Origin: a virus
Taxonomy: Duplodnaviria > Caudoviricetes
Virus record (IMG/VR): IMGVR_UViG_3300028196_000013
Span: 1 to 60,887 of that record
Strand: one strand, 5' to 3'
DNA: 60,887 nucleotides
This document shows positions 29,540 to 39,196 of the stretch, one piece after another. The notes below the pieces were generated by a model. The model ran no database searches. It was not told where the DNA came from and saw only the letters and a list, made by a program, of their open reading frames with translations. The stretch's first letter is position 1, and every line of letters begins with the position of its first letter. The position numbers and the translations under genes were made by a program.

Positions 29540-29890
29540 ATTCAATGGCTGACATAGCCAGTGGAGTGTAGAATCTTACCGAAAACCTGCCAACCGACGA
29601 CCCGCACTGCGGGCTTAGATTGGATAACAGGCGAATAAGTCGGAGGAAAGATTGTGATGGCAATCACGAACTGGGTTCGCATAAGGGTGAAGAACCACCT
29701 GTGGAAATGAAGGCGAGAGCCGAATTGGAAACCATGCACCGCACTCTTGGCTGTCGGCTACTGGCCTCACAGGTCAGTCAAGCGTAAGTGAACGCTGAAT
29801 ATCGAATGAGTTAGGTCGCCTTAGCAGGGCACATGGCCGTTTAGATACCTTGAATCGGATGATCCTTCACAGGATTCCCGGATAGAGGAT
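29540..29890 (+). ncRNA. Putative structured ncRNA (~350 nt)
   Basis: Bounded by CTTAAC (29528) and CTGAAC; GGCTGACATAGCCA can pair with TGGCTGTCGGCT; several local hairpins; no + strand ORF. Confidence 0.45.
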
Positions 29891-30453
29891 AACTGAACAA
29901 CTGAACGGAAGAGGGCGACGAAAAGTTTTCGCGGCTGTTGCAATCACCCTCTTCCACTTAACAACTGAACGGAGAATGCCGAATATGCAGTGGGACCAAT
30001 CTGGCTTCATGGGCGGAGGGAGGTAGACCTGATTGCGGCATTCTCCACTTAACAACTGAACGGAGAATGCCGAATATGCAGTGGGACCGCAATTTCCCGG
30101 CATCGGAGGGAGGTAGACCTGATTGCGGCATTCTCCACTTAACAACTGAACGGAAGAGGGCGACGAAAAGTTTTCTCGACTGTTGCAATCACCCTCTTCC
30201 ACTTAACAACTGAACGGAGAATGCCGAATATGCAGTGGGACCGCAATTTCCCGGCATCGGAGGGAGGTAGACCTGATTGCGGCATTCTCCACTTAACAAC
30301 TGAACAGCTATGGGCGCATAGTGTAGCATGGATATCACTCCGGCCTTCTAAGCCGGAAACCCGGGTTCGAATCCTGGTGCGCCCGCCACTTAACGGAGAA
30401 TTCCGAATATGCCTTGCATGCGGAGGGAGGTAGACCTGATTGCGGATTCTCCA
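29891..30453 (+). repeat. Array of terminally base-paired small RNA-like units (A,B,B,A,B,tRNA,B') joined by ACTTAACAACTGAAC
   Basis: A: 29907-29955 and 30152-30200 (GGAAGAGGG..CCCTCTTCC). B: 29971-30046, 30062-30136, 30216-30290. B': 30395-30452 (GGAGAAT..ATTCTCC). Confidence 0.9.
30312..30388 (+). tRNA. trnR: tRNA-Arg(TCT) with encoded CCA
   Basis: Acceptor stem GGGCGCA/TGCGCCC; anticodon arm CCGGC-CTTCTAA-GCCGG; T loop GGTTCGAATCC; 3' GCCA. Confidence 0.95.
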
Positions 30454-30476
30454 CCTGTGAACACAGGAAACAACTT

Positions 30477-30514
30477 AGAACCAGTCTCGAGTGTCGAGAC
30501 TGGTTCTTTTTTTT
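30477..30514 (+). terminator. 14-bp hairpin plus T8 tract (terminator-like)
   Basis: AGAACCAGTCTCGA-GTG-TCGAGACTGGTTCT then T run. Confidence 0.6.
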
Positions 30515-30542
30515 GGCCTCTGTGAAAGGAGGGTAACTGAAC

Positions 30543-30959
30543 ATGGATTGGATTGAATTACGAGACAATGTCAAACTTATTGACGAAGAAACGGAAACAC
30601 CATGGTTTGAATCGCCATTATTTGTATCATATGAAGAATGGGAGACTAAATGCCCATATGTATTGCTTTACTACGATGGCGAATTGAAGGGGAAAATAGA
30701 AGTTTACACCGATGTAAGCCATGAAACCCGTATGGAAACAAAAACCGCTGAATACATCATTTTGAATAACACGATGTATTACTTGAGCGATTTAGAAGAA
30801 GAAATTGATTGTGAGTGTATCACAACAGACATGGGTGGAAAATGCACCCATTGTTTGAGGGGACCAAGGGATGAGACATACATCACGATGGATGAGACAT
30901 ACATCACGATTGAGAATAAGTCGCCACCTAAACGCCGATTCGGGCGACAGAATATCTGA
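30543..30959 (+). CDS. Hypothetical protein
   Basis: CTGAAC|ATG start; stop in next motif. Confidence 0.75.
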   Translation: MDWIELRDNVKLIDEETETPWFESPLFVSYEEWETKCPYVLLYYDGELKGKIEVYTDVSHETRMETKTAEYIILNNTMYYLSDLEEEIDCECITTDMGGKCTHCLRGPRDETYITMDETYITIENKSPPKRRFGRQNI

Positions 30960-30961
30960 AC

Positions 30962-31336
30962 ATGACTGACAGAATACTATGGATGAATCCCTATGATGGG
31001 AAAGAATACGAAGTAGGCGAGACAATCCCGGTTTACCGAACGGGCGATGGAGGCCTCGTACACAATTCAACTGTTGTGAGACTTGAAGACCCAGGTTTCC
31101 CCGGTGTGGTGGAGATGAAGGATGGCGGGAGATACGAATACAATCATGGAATGGGTGTTGCCCAAGTTAAGAAGTGGTTGATCCCGGCGCTTGAGCCTGA
31201 TATGGATTGGTTCTACCTTGGTCCATCCGAGCAAGGATGGAGAATGTATTACGCAAGAAAAGAACTCAATAAGAGCAAAGCAATAGAAATGGCATCATTT
31301 AACGCCCTCGTGGGAGAAGATGATGAAGATAACTGA
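30962..31336 (+). CDS. Hypothetical protein
   Basis: CTGAAC|ATG start; stop in next motif. Confidence 0.75.
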   Translation: MTDRILWMNPYDGKEYEVGETIPVYRTGDGGLVHNSTVVRLEDPGFPGVVEMKDGGRYEYNHGMGVAQVKKWLIPALEPDMDWFYLGPSEQGWRMYYARKELNKSKAIEMASFNALVGEDDEDN

Positions 31337-31338
31337 AC

Positions 31339-31569
31339 ATGAAACATCTGAAAGACGCAAGATGGAGGGTATTGAAGGACTGGATAGATAATCCGGTCAT
31401 CTATACCCACAAAGAAATGAAGAAAATCGTAAAGCCAGCCTTGGTCACAAAAGAAAGTGATGTTAAGGCTAAGAAAAGACGATGGAACATAATTATGAAT
31501 CTCGAAATAGGACAAACATGGACCTACATCAACATGTCCGGAAAAACCACCTATACGAGAATTGACTGA
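31339..31569 (+). CDS. Hypothetical protein
   Basis: CTGAAC|ATG start; stop in next motif. Confidence 0.75.
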   Translation: MKHLKDARWRVLKDWIDNPVIYTHKEMKKIVKPALVTKESDVKAKKRRWNIIMNLEIGQTWTYINMSGKTTYTRID

Positions 31570-31571
31570 AC

Positions 31572-31832
31572 ATGGGACTTACAAATAGAAAACCGATAAA
31601 GGGCGTGAAGAAGGGTGACTCCATCACGACAAAGAAATTGAAAGAGCATAATCTGTTAAGGGATTCTCCCTTGACAAAGACCGTAAGAAGTTGGAAGGTA
31701 GAATCCGTGAAAATCTCGGATGTCAGCCTTACTAAGAAGAAGAAGATAATCGCCAAACAGAAAACGGTGATTGTTTTGACAAACGGTAAAGGCGAGAAAT
31801 TGAAGAGGACACGAACCTTTTGGATCAACTGA
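31572..31832 (+). CDS. Lys-rich hypothetical protein
   Basis: CTGAAC|ATG start; stop in next motif. Confidence 0.75.
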   Translation: MGLTNRKPIKGVKKGDSITTKKLKEHNLLRDSPLTKTVRSWKVESVKISDVSLTKKKKIIAKQKTVIVLTNGKGEKLKRTRTFWIN

Positions 31833-31834
31833 AC

Positions 31835-32788
31835 ATGAGAGCAAAAAGAAAAGTGACAAAGAAAAGAACACTGAAACCTTCTGACTTTCTGAAGCTGTGG
31901 ATAAATTATTGTGAGGAATTTCTATCGAGTTACTTAGGATATCCGATAGAAGACGAAATCACCGCAGAGACTCGAGATGAGTCATTCGGCATTTGGTTGC
32001 TGTCTACTCCTCACTTTAGCAAAGTCCCCACAAATAGCGAGTTGGAGACACTTGAAAAGGAGGAGCAAGAAGAACGACTACGAGCGATGGCGTTGGTGGT
32101 TGTGGCCGAATACTTCGGAACGGATATACTGGATTCAATCCCGTGTGTAGATGGTGAGAGTTTTGGCGACAAAGAGGCTTACGACAAGTTCTTTGAGAAT
32201 GAGGAGTGGGCTGAAGCAGCCATATTCTCAGAATTGATGCACGATGAAAGCGACCACCAGGTTCGTAGTTATCCGCATGACTCGAAGATTGACTTGGCAG
32301 ATGCGATTACAGAGAATGCAATTGCGCAGAACGCAGTCGACCTTTTGGCAAAGAAGGTAGAAGAGAAACAAACAGAAGAAGAAGCCATTCCTGACGAAGA
32401 GTTGGTTATTGGCCTCGCAGAAGAAACGGGCATTGAATATCCGGAGATACCTGCGGATGTCGATTCGTCTGTTGATGAATTTATGAGCGAAATCGAAGAA
32501 CATGTGCATGATGAAAATTGCATGCATTCGCATGAAGCGAAGGTTCCTGTAATTGCTCATACGCATGACGCTGTTCCTTGGGCGACCTTGGCGGCGATTG
32601 AAAAACACAAGAACGCTATTGCAAATAACGAGAATTCTGTCTTGGCCCTGGCTAACGGGGTTGAGGAACTTGTTGATAATGGAGGCGTTCAGACCAAGAG
32701 GGGATTGCTCGATGCGATCCTCATCTTGATAGAAGCAAAACCAGCAGAAGCCCTAAGAATTGTGGCGAGTTGGGAAAAATTGAACTGA
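31835..32788 (+). CDS. Acidic hypothetical protein
   Basis: Start reassigned to the CTGAAC|ATG (MRAKRK). Confidence 0.75.
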   Translation: MRAKRKVTKKRTLKPSDFLKLWINYCEEFLSSYLGYPIEDEITAETRDESFGIWLLSTPHFSKVPTNSELETLEKEEQEERLRAMALVVVAEYFGTDILDSIPCVDGESFGDKEAYDKFFENEEWAEAAIFSELMHDESDHQVRSYPHDSKIDLADAITENAIAQNAVDLLAKKVEEKQTEEEAIPDEELVIGLAEETGIEYPEIPADVDSSVDEFMSEIEEHVHDENCMHSHEAKVPVIAHTHDAVPWATLAAIEKHKNAIANNENSVLALANGVEELVDNGGVQTKRGLLDAILILIEAKPAEALRIVASWEKLN

Positions 32789-32790
32789 AC

Positions 32791-33024
32791 ATGGATAACA
32801 GAACAAAATTGAACCGAGATGGCGTATTGAAACTCAAGACTATCAATGCCCGAAAGGCTGGAAATGCGATTACAAAATTGATGATAAGGAATGCAACCAA
32901 AGCAGATAGAGAGGCGGTCTTATTGCGCCACGATGCAATTGGTAAAGCTCTTGATAATCTAATCAAAGAATTGAATACGACCGAAGTTCTCAAGTTAGAA
33001 CTGACACAAAAATACGAAAACTGA
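32791..33024 (+). CDS. Hypothetical protein
   Basis: CTGAAC|ATG start (MDNRT). Confidence 0.7.
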   Translation: MDNRTKLNRDGVLKLKTINARKAGNAITKLMIRNATKADREAVLLRHDAIGKALDNLIKELNTTEVLKLELTQKYEN

Positions 33025-33026
33025 AC

Positions 33027-33470
33027 ATGGCATTTAATCAACCGATTGACGGAAAAAATTGCGTGAAATACAAAATCGCAAAGACAAATCGACAAAGTTG
33101 TTTGCTGTGTGGCCATCCCATGTTTGAAGGAAGCATCGGAGTGTCTATGACAAACTCACATACTGAGGCTGTCAAATCAAAGAAAGCCAAATCAACAAAC
33201 CTGTGGTTACACGCAGAGTGCATGGCTCGACTCAGTAAAGAATTGAGGCGTGAAGACTTTGAAACAAACCAGCGAATAAACTTGAAAAAATGCACTTCGA
33301 AGAAACAATCGTGTATTTGGTGTGAAAAGAAAATTACACAAAGCATACAGATTGAGTTCAACAACAAAAATGACGCGATTACTTCAAAAAAATCGTTATG
33401 GATTCACAGAAAGTGCGCAAAAGAGATGGGAAGATCCCTCCACTGGAGGAATCGAAACCTGCCAAACTGA
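33027..33470 (+). CDS. Protein with two PARP-type-like Zn finger repeats
   Basis: Two CxxC...W(L/I)HxxC repeats. Confidence 0.65.
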   Translation: MAFNQPIDGKNCVKYKIAKTNRQSCLLCGHPMFEGSIGVSMTNSHTEAVKSKKAKSTNLWLHAECMARLSKELRREDFETNQRINLKKCTSKKQSCIWCEKKITQSIQIEFNNKNDAITSKKSLWIHRKCAKEMGRSLHWRNRNLPN

Positions 33471-33472
33471 AC

Positions 33473-33775
33473 ATGAGCATTAGAAAAATGGAAGAAGGTG
33501 AGAAAACAGTAACACTCCTGAAGCGCGAACATTTGATGAGTTTAGGCGTTCACGAAAGAACATGCAATCGTTTGATTGTGTCTTCAATAGGAATCGCAAG
33601 AGCGATTAGGGTGATTGAGGGTGCGTTCCCAATCCGTAGTGACTTTGAGGCGCTTCTCCTCAATATTTTGAAAGAAGCTTTGCATAAATCGGAAATGAGC
33701 CACATGGATGTGGATGTAAATGAAATTGAGGACCAGCAAGCTATCTACAAATCAGCGTGTAAGGCGCTTGAATGA
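33473..33775 (+). CDS. Hypothetical protein
   Basis: CTGAAC|ATG start (MSIRK). Confidence 0.7.
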   Translation: MSIRKMEEGEKTVTLLKREHLMSLGVHERTCNRLIVSSIGIARAIRVIEGAFPIRSDFEALLLNILKEALHKSEMSHMDVDVNEIEDQQAIYKSACKALE

Positions 33776-33782
33776 ACTGAAC

Positions 33783-34232
33783 ATGACAGAGAAAGAATAC
33801 ACTTGGACAAAGCTGATGGACGCTGTAGGAGACAGGGTGGACAAGCATCTTAACGATGCAATGATGGTCGACGGTAGAGACGATGGTTTGGACGGTTGGT
33901 TCAAACCTGCTGCAAATGGATGGGGAGGTTTCAGAATCGTAGAACCAAACACGATTGCAAAATGTCATGGATACACCATGGGGTTGAAAGAAGACCTCTA
34001 CAACGATCATACATACATCGCTCTTCCGCAAGAGAAGAAAAAACTGATTCCAGAAAAGGATACACTTTTCTTGCTGCTCGGGACTCTCAAGACCGGAGAA
34101 ACCGTTTACACACACTGGCTTGATGAAAGTGCGAGATTTGCACAAAAAGTCGCATGCGAATGGTGGGACAGCTCAGAAGGCGAGGTGTTGCAAGAATGGG
34201 GAATCAAATACGAGGATGTAGAAGAAAACTGA
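33783..34232 (+). CDS. Hypothetical protein
   Basis: CTGAAC|ATG start (MTEKE). Confidence 0.7.
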   Translation: MTEKEYTWTKLMDAVGDRVDKHLNDAMMVDGRDDGLDGWFKPAANGWGGFRIVEPNTIAKCHGYTMGLKEDLYNDHTYIALPQEKKKLIPEKDTLFLLLGTLKTGETVYTHWLDESARFAQKVACEWWDSSEGEVLQEWGIKYEDVEEN

Positions 34233-34234
34233 AC

Positions 34235-35239
34235 ATGGGATTTTGGAAAAAGAAAGAACCAGAAATAGTCGGGTCATGGGATGACGAAGAGGAAACTCCA
34301 GTGGTGGAAACCACGATGGAATCCGTGGAATTCGTTGACCAGCCCGAAACGAACCAAATACCCGTGCAAACGGTTGTAGTGAAAGGGCAAATGAGAGCCA
34401 CTGGATCTACGAGCAAACCAAGGAAAACGAAAAGCAAAGCGGAGATTGCAGCAGCACTGCCCATCAATGAAAGGATGCAACTGCTGATTGACTTCTATGC
34501 TGCTGTGTTGGCAGGGACAATCCCCTCCTTCATGGTGCAGGGTGGACCTGGCCTTGGAAAGACATACATTCTGCTTGAGATGTTCAAAAAACAAGGGTGG
34601 ATTGAAGGAAAGGATTACTTGATGATTAAAGCAGGTGTGTCGGCATTCGGTGTCTATGGCATAATCTGTAAATGGGCTGATAAGGCCGAGCAGGCAATCC
34701 AAGATGCAAAGAGCAAAGGTAACAAGGCATTCAAGCCGAAAATCCCTGTTCTTGTGTTTGACGATGTCCCGATGTTTAGTGCGGGTAAGGAACACCGCCT
34801 TACAGAAATTATCAAAGCTATGACTGATTCAACTTCTGGAGAGGAAGGCAGATTGGTCAGTTGGCGAACGAACAAAACCAAGGATGATCCTGCCGAGGCT
34901 AAAGCCGCAGGAACTTATCCTTCAGAAGTCCGCTACAAGGGCGGAGTAATCATCATCACAAACGAGGATGCCAAGAAAATCGACAAACCGATGCAAGACA
35001 GGTCGGGAGGTCCGTTATTCTTGACTGTGACTCAAGATGAAATGATTGAAAGAATGAAACTTCTTGCTCCTTCGATGGGGCCGAAAACGATGGACCCCAA
35101 GTTGAAACAGACTGTTCTCAACTGGCTGTGTTCGAGCGAATTCGAAGGAGAAGAACTGAGTATGCGAACATTACACAAGGCGCTGCTGATTGCAAACGCC
35201 AATCCAAAGAGATGGAAATCAATGTGCGTAATTCTATGA
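34235..35239 (+). CDS. AAA+-type P-loop ATPase
   Basis: Walker A GGPGLGKT; Walker B VLVFDD; sensor IIITN; DRS. Confidence 0.85.
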   Translation: MGFWKKKEPEIVGSWDDEEETPVVETTMESVEFVDQPETNQIPVQTVVVKGQMRATGSTSKPRKTKSKAEIAAALPINERMQLLIDFYAAVLAGTIPSFMVQGGPGLGKTYILLEMFKKQGWIEGKDYLMIKAGVSAFGVYGIICKWADKAEQAIQDAKSKGNKAFKPKIPVLVFDDVPMFSAGKEHRLTEIIKAMTDSTSGEEGRLVSWRTNKTKDDPAEAKAAGTYPSEVRYKGGVIIITNEDAKKIDKPMQDRSGGPLFLTVTQDEMIERMKLLAPSMGPKTMDPKLKQTVLNWLCSSEFEGEELSMRTLHKALLIANANPKRWKSMCVIL

Positions 35240-35247
35240 AACTGAAC

Positions 35248-35529
35248 ATGAGCAAGAATAAGAGGAACCGAAACGCGATAAAAACGATATTGGAGGGTAA
35301 GGAACTTACCACGATTGATGTCCACGACGCTCTAAATCTCAAATTTAGGCAAGGGCCGACGATGAACCAAGTGGGGAACTTGCTGTCAAGAATTCCAGAG
35401 GTTGAAAAAATCGGTATGATTGACATATCAACGAGGCGATTCAATCGCAGAACGACAACAAACTACAACAATTACAACAACTACACGGGACGAGTTAGAG
35501 TTGCTTTGTGGAGAATGAAAACAGACTGA
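35248..35529 (+). CDS. Winged-helix protein, paralog of 55323..55562 (DUF3860-like)
   Basis: GPTMNQVGNLLSR vs GTTSQQLGNVLAK. Confidence 0.6.
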   Translation: MSKNKRNRNAIKTILEGKELTTIDVHDALNLKFRQGPTMNQVGNLLSRIPEVEKIGMIDISTRRFNRRTTTNYNNYNNYTGRVRVALWRMKTD

Positions 35530-35531
35530 AC

Positions 35532-35849
35532 ATGACGGACGAACGAACAGATGAAGAATTCATAGCCGAAGTCATTCGAAGAGGGAAGCAAAAACCCGAA
35601 GAGTGGAAATTAGAAGAACTGATTAGATTGTATGATATCCCCGAAAACGAGTTAGAATTAGTGCTTGCCATGGAAGGGAGAGAAGGACTTCTTACGATCG
35701 GGCACTATACTCGCATCGAAGTTAGAGGTTGCACCAACAAGTTGTGTGACGGAAAGGAAAGAAAGCCATGTAGGCTTCTCCAATACATTGAGACCTGTAC
35801 AAAGTGCTTGGTTAGAATTGGAGATGTGCCAAATAGCGCATGGGAATGA
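35532..35849 (+). CDS. Hypothetical protein with Cys cluster
   Basis: CTGAAC|ATG start (MTDER). Confidence 0.7.
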   Translation: MTDERTDEEFIAEVIRRGKQKPEEWKLEELIRLYDIPENELELVLAMEGREGLLTIGHYTRIEVRGCTNKLCDGKERKPCRLLQYIETCTKCLVRIGDVPNSAWE

Positions 35850-35856
35850 ACTGAAC

Positions 35857-36087
35857 ATGTCTAAGAACGATATTGATGTAGGAATAATCCTTCAAAAAGA
35901 AGAATTGAAAGAATTGATTGAAGCGATCTCCGCAGCACAATTTATTTCGAACATGATGGTATTCCCGACAAACCAAAGGGCTGAACTTAATGAGGTCATG
36001 GAGAAATGGGAAAACGAGGAAATGGGAAAAAAGGTATGGGCGCATTTGGGTGTATTACAAGAAGTGCTTGATAACGAAACAAACTGA
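35857..36087 (+). CDS. Hypothetical protein
   Basis: CTGAAC|ATG start (MSKND). Confidence 0.7.
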   Translation: MSKNDIDVGIILQKEELKELIEAISAAQFISNMMVFPTNQRAELNEVMEKWENEEMGKKVWAHLGVLQEVLDNETN

Positions 36088-36089
36088 AC

Positions 36090-36434
36090 ATGACAATTCA
36101 ACATATTGATAAGTCGAAGAGACTGCAAGTATTGGCAAGAGCGATCTTTGAATCGAAGAAGGAAAAGACCGAAGCCAGCAGAGCAGTAAAAAGAATTGAA
36201 GACGAAATAAAGAAGTACGAAGAGGAAGTCAAAGGACTTCTCGGGAACGGGATTGGAGGATATAGCCACCATCTCCTCGAGGAAAAGATTGACAGTAAAA
36301 TCATAGGGATTGCAATTGGAAGCATCTCTGGAGGAAACCATTGGCAACCGCATTGGGAGAAACCGACAGTCGTTTTGGCGACTGCGAAATACCTGAATGG
36401 GAAGGGCTTGTCAAGCAAGCCTAAAAATGATTAA
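36090..36434 (+). CDS. Hypothetical protein, coiled-coil N-terminus
   Basis: CTGAAC|ATG start. Confidence 0.7.
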   Translation: MTIQHIDKSKRLQVLARAIFESKKEKTEASRAVKRIEDEIKKYEEEVKGLLGNGIGGYSHHLLEEKIDSKIIGIAIGSISGGNHWQPHWEKPTVVLATAKYLNGKGLSSKPKND

Positions 36435-36435
36435 C

Positions 36436-36651
36436 ATGCCACGAAATGTATCAAACCCGTTACGAAGAGGAACGCCGAAACCCAAAGTGGGTGAAGTGGC
36501 TAAAGTAATCGGCGGCGATGGGCCATTTCCTATGAATGAATTTGTAGAGGTTCTGTCAAAGCAATCCGGCGGGCAATATTTAGTGGAATCTCTCATTACA
36601 GGAGTGGTCGCCACTGTAAAAGGTAGTTGCCTTTTACCCGCAAAAAACTGA
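36436..36651 (+). CDS. Small SH3-like beta protein
   Basis: Variant junction GATTAAC|ATG; PKVGEVAKV pattern. Confidence 0.6.
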   Translation: MPRNVSNPLRRGTPKPKVGEVAKVIGGDGPFPMNEFVEVLSKQSGGQYLVESLITGVVATVKGSCLLPAKN

Positions 36652-36653
36652 AC

Positions 36654-36962
36654 ATGGAATTCATTATTGCAAAGAATTACTGGAATGAAATGAACCAAGA
36701 CGGAACGGAAGTAAAAGTAATCAATGTGTTGAAATTTGATAAAATGGAGTGGGGTTATCTTCATGGTGAAAATGAAATTCCCCTCATACCCAAATTCGAT
36801 TTAATTGACACAATTTATTTTGAAACGGAGGCTGAGAGAGAAAAAGAGTGGAATCTTATGAAAGTTGATGGATACACCAGCGTAAACGACTTTCAACCTC
36901 CAGCATATACACATGACCATGCGAGCAGTCTAAGAGAGGCTGTTACGGGAAAGGGAAACTGA
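36654..36962 (+). CDS. Hypothetical protein
   Basis: CTGAAC|ATG start (MEFII). Confidence 0.7.
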   Translation: MEFIIAKNYWNEMNQDGTEVKVINVLKFDKMEWGYLHGENEIPLIPKFDLIDTIYFETEAEREKEWNLMKVDGYTSVNDFQPPAYTHDHASSLREAVTGKGN

Positions 36963-36964
36963 AC

Positions 36965-37558
36965 ATGCCAACACAATACCATGATGGAAGAATATTTAGA
37001 TTGAGAGCAGACCCCGTTTACGGGAGTGAGATCACTCTTAAAATCACAGAAGAAGAATTACAAGCATTGCGGCAAATTGACCAAGAACAAATTGGAGGAA
37101 AGCAGCGCAGAGGCTTGGGATTGCTGATTGATTTTTTGATTACGGGTTCAACGAATCCAGCACTTGACCGGCTTATGCCGAATGTGCAGGCAAGGACTCA
37201 TGATGTCGAAACATCTCGAGCAGCAATTCCGAATTCGAAGAGATGGACGCAAAACCTTCACGATGCATACCAGATAATTGCTAAAGGGGAAGGACTTACA
37301 GATGAAGAAGCGCAAGACATTTACGCTCGAGCGCATCAAATTGACCGCAGGGACATCGGAAATCGATGGAGGCCTGCCAGAGTAGCCTTGGTGGCCATTG
37401 GTGCCGTGAAAAATACTGGGAGAAAGCGTCGAGTGCGTTCACAAAGGGAGGCAATCGTTTGGGCCGCAGTGGATGACACTTGGGCACCGCCGCAGATAAA
37501 TGAGACTATTCAAAAAGAACAAATCCTTGAGATGTTAAACAGAATCGAGGAAGAATGA
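36965..37558 (+). CDS. Hypothetical protein, probable winged-helix C-terminal half
   Basis: GLTDEE..RPAR..L...G.V..TG..R..AIVW pattern. Confidence 0.6.
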   Translation: MPTQYHDGRIFRLRADPVYGSEITLKITEEELQALRQIDQEQIGGKQRRGLGLLIDFLITGSTNPALDRLMPNVQARTHDVETSRAAIPNSKRWTQNLHDAYQIIAKGEGLTDEEAQDIYARAHQIDRRDIGNRWRPARVALVAIGAVKNTGRKRRVRSQREAIVWAAVDDTWAPPQINETIQKEQILEMLNRIEEE

Positions 37559-37565
37559 ACTGAAC

Positions 37566-38747
37566 ATGACAACAATGGAAAATAAAACTCATTGTGCATG
37601 GTGTCGTAGGGGATTGGGCGAGAAAAACCGAGGGAAAGGAATCGGACCCGAGTGTAAAACCAAACTTCCCGACACCATCAATGTCGCTTTGTTAAACAGA
37701 AGTGAACACGGGTATCACGCAAGATCCCATGAAGCAAATGATTTGCATGATGCTTTCAAGCATTTTGGAGATTCAGTTGACATACTTATTTTCGCTGACA
37801 CTGATGGATTCGGTGTGCAAAGCGAGGAATGGCAAGGTTGGGAGACTTACTTCAAATCCGAGGATGGAATCATTTGTATTGACTCCAATTTATCAAGATA
37901 TGAAGGAGAAGCTATGCCCGCAGTTGCAGATGAAGTGGCAAAATGGAGAAGAAGGGTTGCAGTTATGTGTGACCCCAATACGACTACGAAAGTTGAACTT
38001 GTTCACATAGATTCCGATTTGGGATACTTGATGAACAGAGGATTCTATAACGGACCCTATCCGATAGGCATGGACCTTAAGGAATGGGCGACAGAAATAT
38101 ACGGAATTGACTCGAGTAAGATCCCTCAATGTATGGGATGCGGCTTGATGCAACACCGGCTTGAAGAAAAATCCCTCGATGAAGAGGAGATTGAACTTGT
38201 TCAGCAGATGATTGAGCAAGCTGACCTACGATTTGGGCACACTTTGTTCTGCAGAGTGATGCGAAATCATAGAACACAATTGGAGGAGATGCTACAGACT
38301 AAATGGGCTTACCTCAGTGACATCACGCAAGACCCCCTAAATGATGGTTCAAAGGCTTTCATCGGAGGTCCGCAACATTATGATTGGAGTGAATCTTACG
38401 AACATTTTTACGAAACAAACATTGTAAGAGCAGGTGAACTGGTGTGGGATAGCGAATATGGGAGACGAGTATTCGAATACTGCTTGTTGCCGTATCTGAT
38501 GAAAGGATTGTCTAAGGCCTACCATGATGATTGGGAACCTGCCGATGAATGGAGCCATGATTACGAGGGATACCTCGACCATAGCCTTCCGTTTTGGGCA
38601 GGAGAAGCGACCCAACACGGCAGATGGTGTTCCGAGGATTCAGATTTGAAAATTCGGGACGGTCTTATCATGGACATGGCGGAATATTATCCGCATTCCT
38701 ATGGTGGAGTGCTGCTGTCCAATGGAAAAGCAGCCGAAGATAACTGA
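37566..38747 (+). CDS. Protein with N-terminal DUF6011-like Zn finger
   Basis: CAWCRRGL...GIGPEC. Confidence 0.65.
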   Translation: MTTMENKTHCAWCRRGLGEKNRGKGIGPECKTKLPDTINVALLNRSEHGYHARSHEANDLHDAFKHFGDSVDILIFADTDGFGVQSEEWQGWETYFKSEDGIICIDSNLSRYEGEAMPAVADEVAKWRRRVAVMCDPNTTTKVELVHIDSDLGYLMNRGFYNGPYPIGMDLKEWATEIYGIDSSKIPQCMGCGLMQHRLEEKSLDEEEIELVQQMIEQADLRFGHTLFCRVMRNHRTQLEEMLQTKWAYLSDITQDPLNDGSKAFIGGPQHYDWSESYEHFYETNIVRAGELVWDSEYGRRVFEYCLLPYLMKGLSKAYHDDWEPADEWSHDYEGYLDHSLPFWAGEATQHGRWCSEDSDLKIRDGLIMDMAEYYPHSYGGVLLSNGKAAEDN

Positions 38748-38749
38748 AC

Positions 38750-39187
38750 ATGACTGATAGAAAATTTAGAAATAGAGTGCAAAAAGCACGAGAAATGAGA
38801 GAAGAAATTCGAAAAAACAGATTCCTCGGATTAGACGGAGACGGCGCAGTGATTCAAGACAGGAGTGAGGAATTGAATAATTTACTTGCCTTGAATAAAC
38901 ATATGAGCGAAGTCCAAATAGAATTTGGAATTAGTCCCGACGATCTTAATCATCTTAGCGAGGGAAATGCTTTGATTGAGGACATGTGTGCCACCAAAGT
39001 ATCGTTTGATGGCAAGAATTGGGATGTCGTCGTCAATGAAAAGAAACTTGAGGCTCAAGGGAAAGAAATAACCAAACTGGAAAACAAGCTTAAGAAACTC
39101 TTGAAAAAAGAGGAATTATGGGGCTCGCTGGACGCCGATGACGAGATTATGGTAATCGCACTACAAGGCGGGTTGTCTAATAGTTGA
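38750..39187 (+). CDS. Hypothetical protein
   Basis: CTGAAC|ATG start. Confidence 0.7.
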   Translation: MTDRKFRNRVQKAREMREEIRKNRFLGLDGDGAVIQDRSEELNNLLALNKHMSEVQIEFGISPDDLNHLSEGNALIEDMCATKVSFDGKNWDVVVNEKKLEAQGKEITKLENKLKKLLKKEELWGSLDADDEIMVIALQGGLSNS

Positions 39188-39196
39188 AAACTGAAC

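Noticed and set aside
29891-30453. CRISPR array
   Set aside because: The constant part is only 15-20 bp, the intervening units are repeated and self-complementary rather than unique spacers, and no cas genes are recognisable.
30869-30910. 21-bp tandem duplication
   Set aside because: In-frame local slippage (DETYIT twice); no sign of wider significance.
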